Shown: piece by piece, positions 63,195-64,000 of the stretch | How the letters are laid out: each line of letters starts with the position of its first letter | Position numbering within the stretch: position 1 is the first letter of the stretch | DNA from: Mobula hypostoma | Taxonomy: Eukaryota | DNA length: 64,000 bases | Direction of reading: 5' to 3' | Assembly: GCF_963921235.1 (NCBI RefSeq) | Contig: NC_086097.1 | Span: 154,692,001 to 154,756,000, forward strand | The notes under the pieces: generated by a model | What the model saw: the letters and a program-made list of their open reading frames with translations, nothing else | The model's database searches: none | What the model was told of the DNA's origin: nothing | Position numbers and translations under genes: made by a program

Positions 63195-64000
63195 TTTCAA
63201 AGTTCAAAGTAAGTTTATTATCAACATACTGTACATATATGTCACCATACACAGTATAATCCTGAGATTCATCTCTTGTGGGTGTTCACAGTAGATACAA
63301 GAAACACAGTAGAATTAATGAAAGACCATATCCCACAAGACTGACGAACTCCTAATATGCAAAAGACAATAAACTTTGCAATAAAAAAGAGGGAAAAAAG
63401 AGAGAAAGACTAATAAACAAACAAACAAGCAAGCAAACAATAAATAATTAAATAAATAGATAAATAAGTGATAAATATGAGAACATGAGATGAATTGTCC
63501 TTGAAAGTGAGTCCATAGGTGTGAGAACAGTTCAGCGATGGGGTGAGTGAAGTTGATTGAAATTACCCCTTCTGGTCCGATAGCCTGATGGTTGAAGGGT
63601 AATAACTATTCCTGAACCTGGCGTTGTGCGTCCCAAGTCTCCTGTACTTCCTTTCTAATGGCAGCAGCAAGAAGAGAGCATGGCTCGGATGGTGGGGATC
63701 CCTGACGATGAATGCTGCTTTCCTGCAACAGTGCTCCTTGTAGATGTGCTCATTGATAAGGAGGGTTTTACCCATGATACACTGGGTTGTATCCACTACT
63801 TCTGTCGGCTTTTCCGTTCAAGGGCATTGTTGTTTCCACACCAGGCCATGATGCAACCAGTTAATATGCTCTCCACCACACATCTATAGAAGCTTGACAA
63901 AGTTTTAGATGTCATGTCAAGTCTTCACAAACTTCCAAAAAAGTAGAGGTTCTGTTGTGCTATGTTAATAAGGACACTTAAGTGCTGGACTCAGAACAGA
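63195..64000 (-). mobile_element. Rex1/Babar-type LINE 3' fragment, with an (AAAC)/(AAAT) microsatellite at about 63413-63465
   Basis: RKAAFIVRDPHHPSHALFLLLP...RFRNSYYPSTIRL remnant. Confidence 0.8.

Overview
Vertebrate genomic DNA, AT-rich and dense in transposable elements. The repeat content (CR1 LINEs, Penelope-derived palindromic elements, Rex-Babar, V-SINE-like elements, Tc1 MITEs) suggests a cartilaginous fish, probably a ray (inference). Three host genes can be read by eye. (1) The last four exons of a collagen IX-like FACIT gene on + (4146-8777), with an in-frame TAA in its NC2 exon, a Gly->Ser substitution and a GC-AG intron. (2) A single-coding-exon, 267-aa leucine-rich-repeat gene on - (25022-25825), with a CpG-rich, X-box-like putative promoter about 4 kb upstream. 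(3) The last nine coding exons of COL22A1 on - (46956-63172). The two collagens are tail-to-tail, mirroring the human COL19A1/COL9A1 pair as I recall it. The + gene is therefore a candidate fourth collagen IX-type paralogue, absent from that position in mammals and possibly decaying here. The rest is mostly nested TEs: a near-intact DD34E Tc1, a twin-primed Tx1/L1 insertion, a probable solo LTR, a tRNA/RTE-like SINE, and Penelope repeats carrying minimal hammerhead-ribozyme motifs. All homology calls come from recall of the families, not from searches. TE boundaries without a stated target-site duplication (TSD) are approximate.
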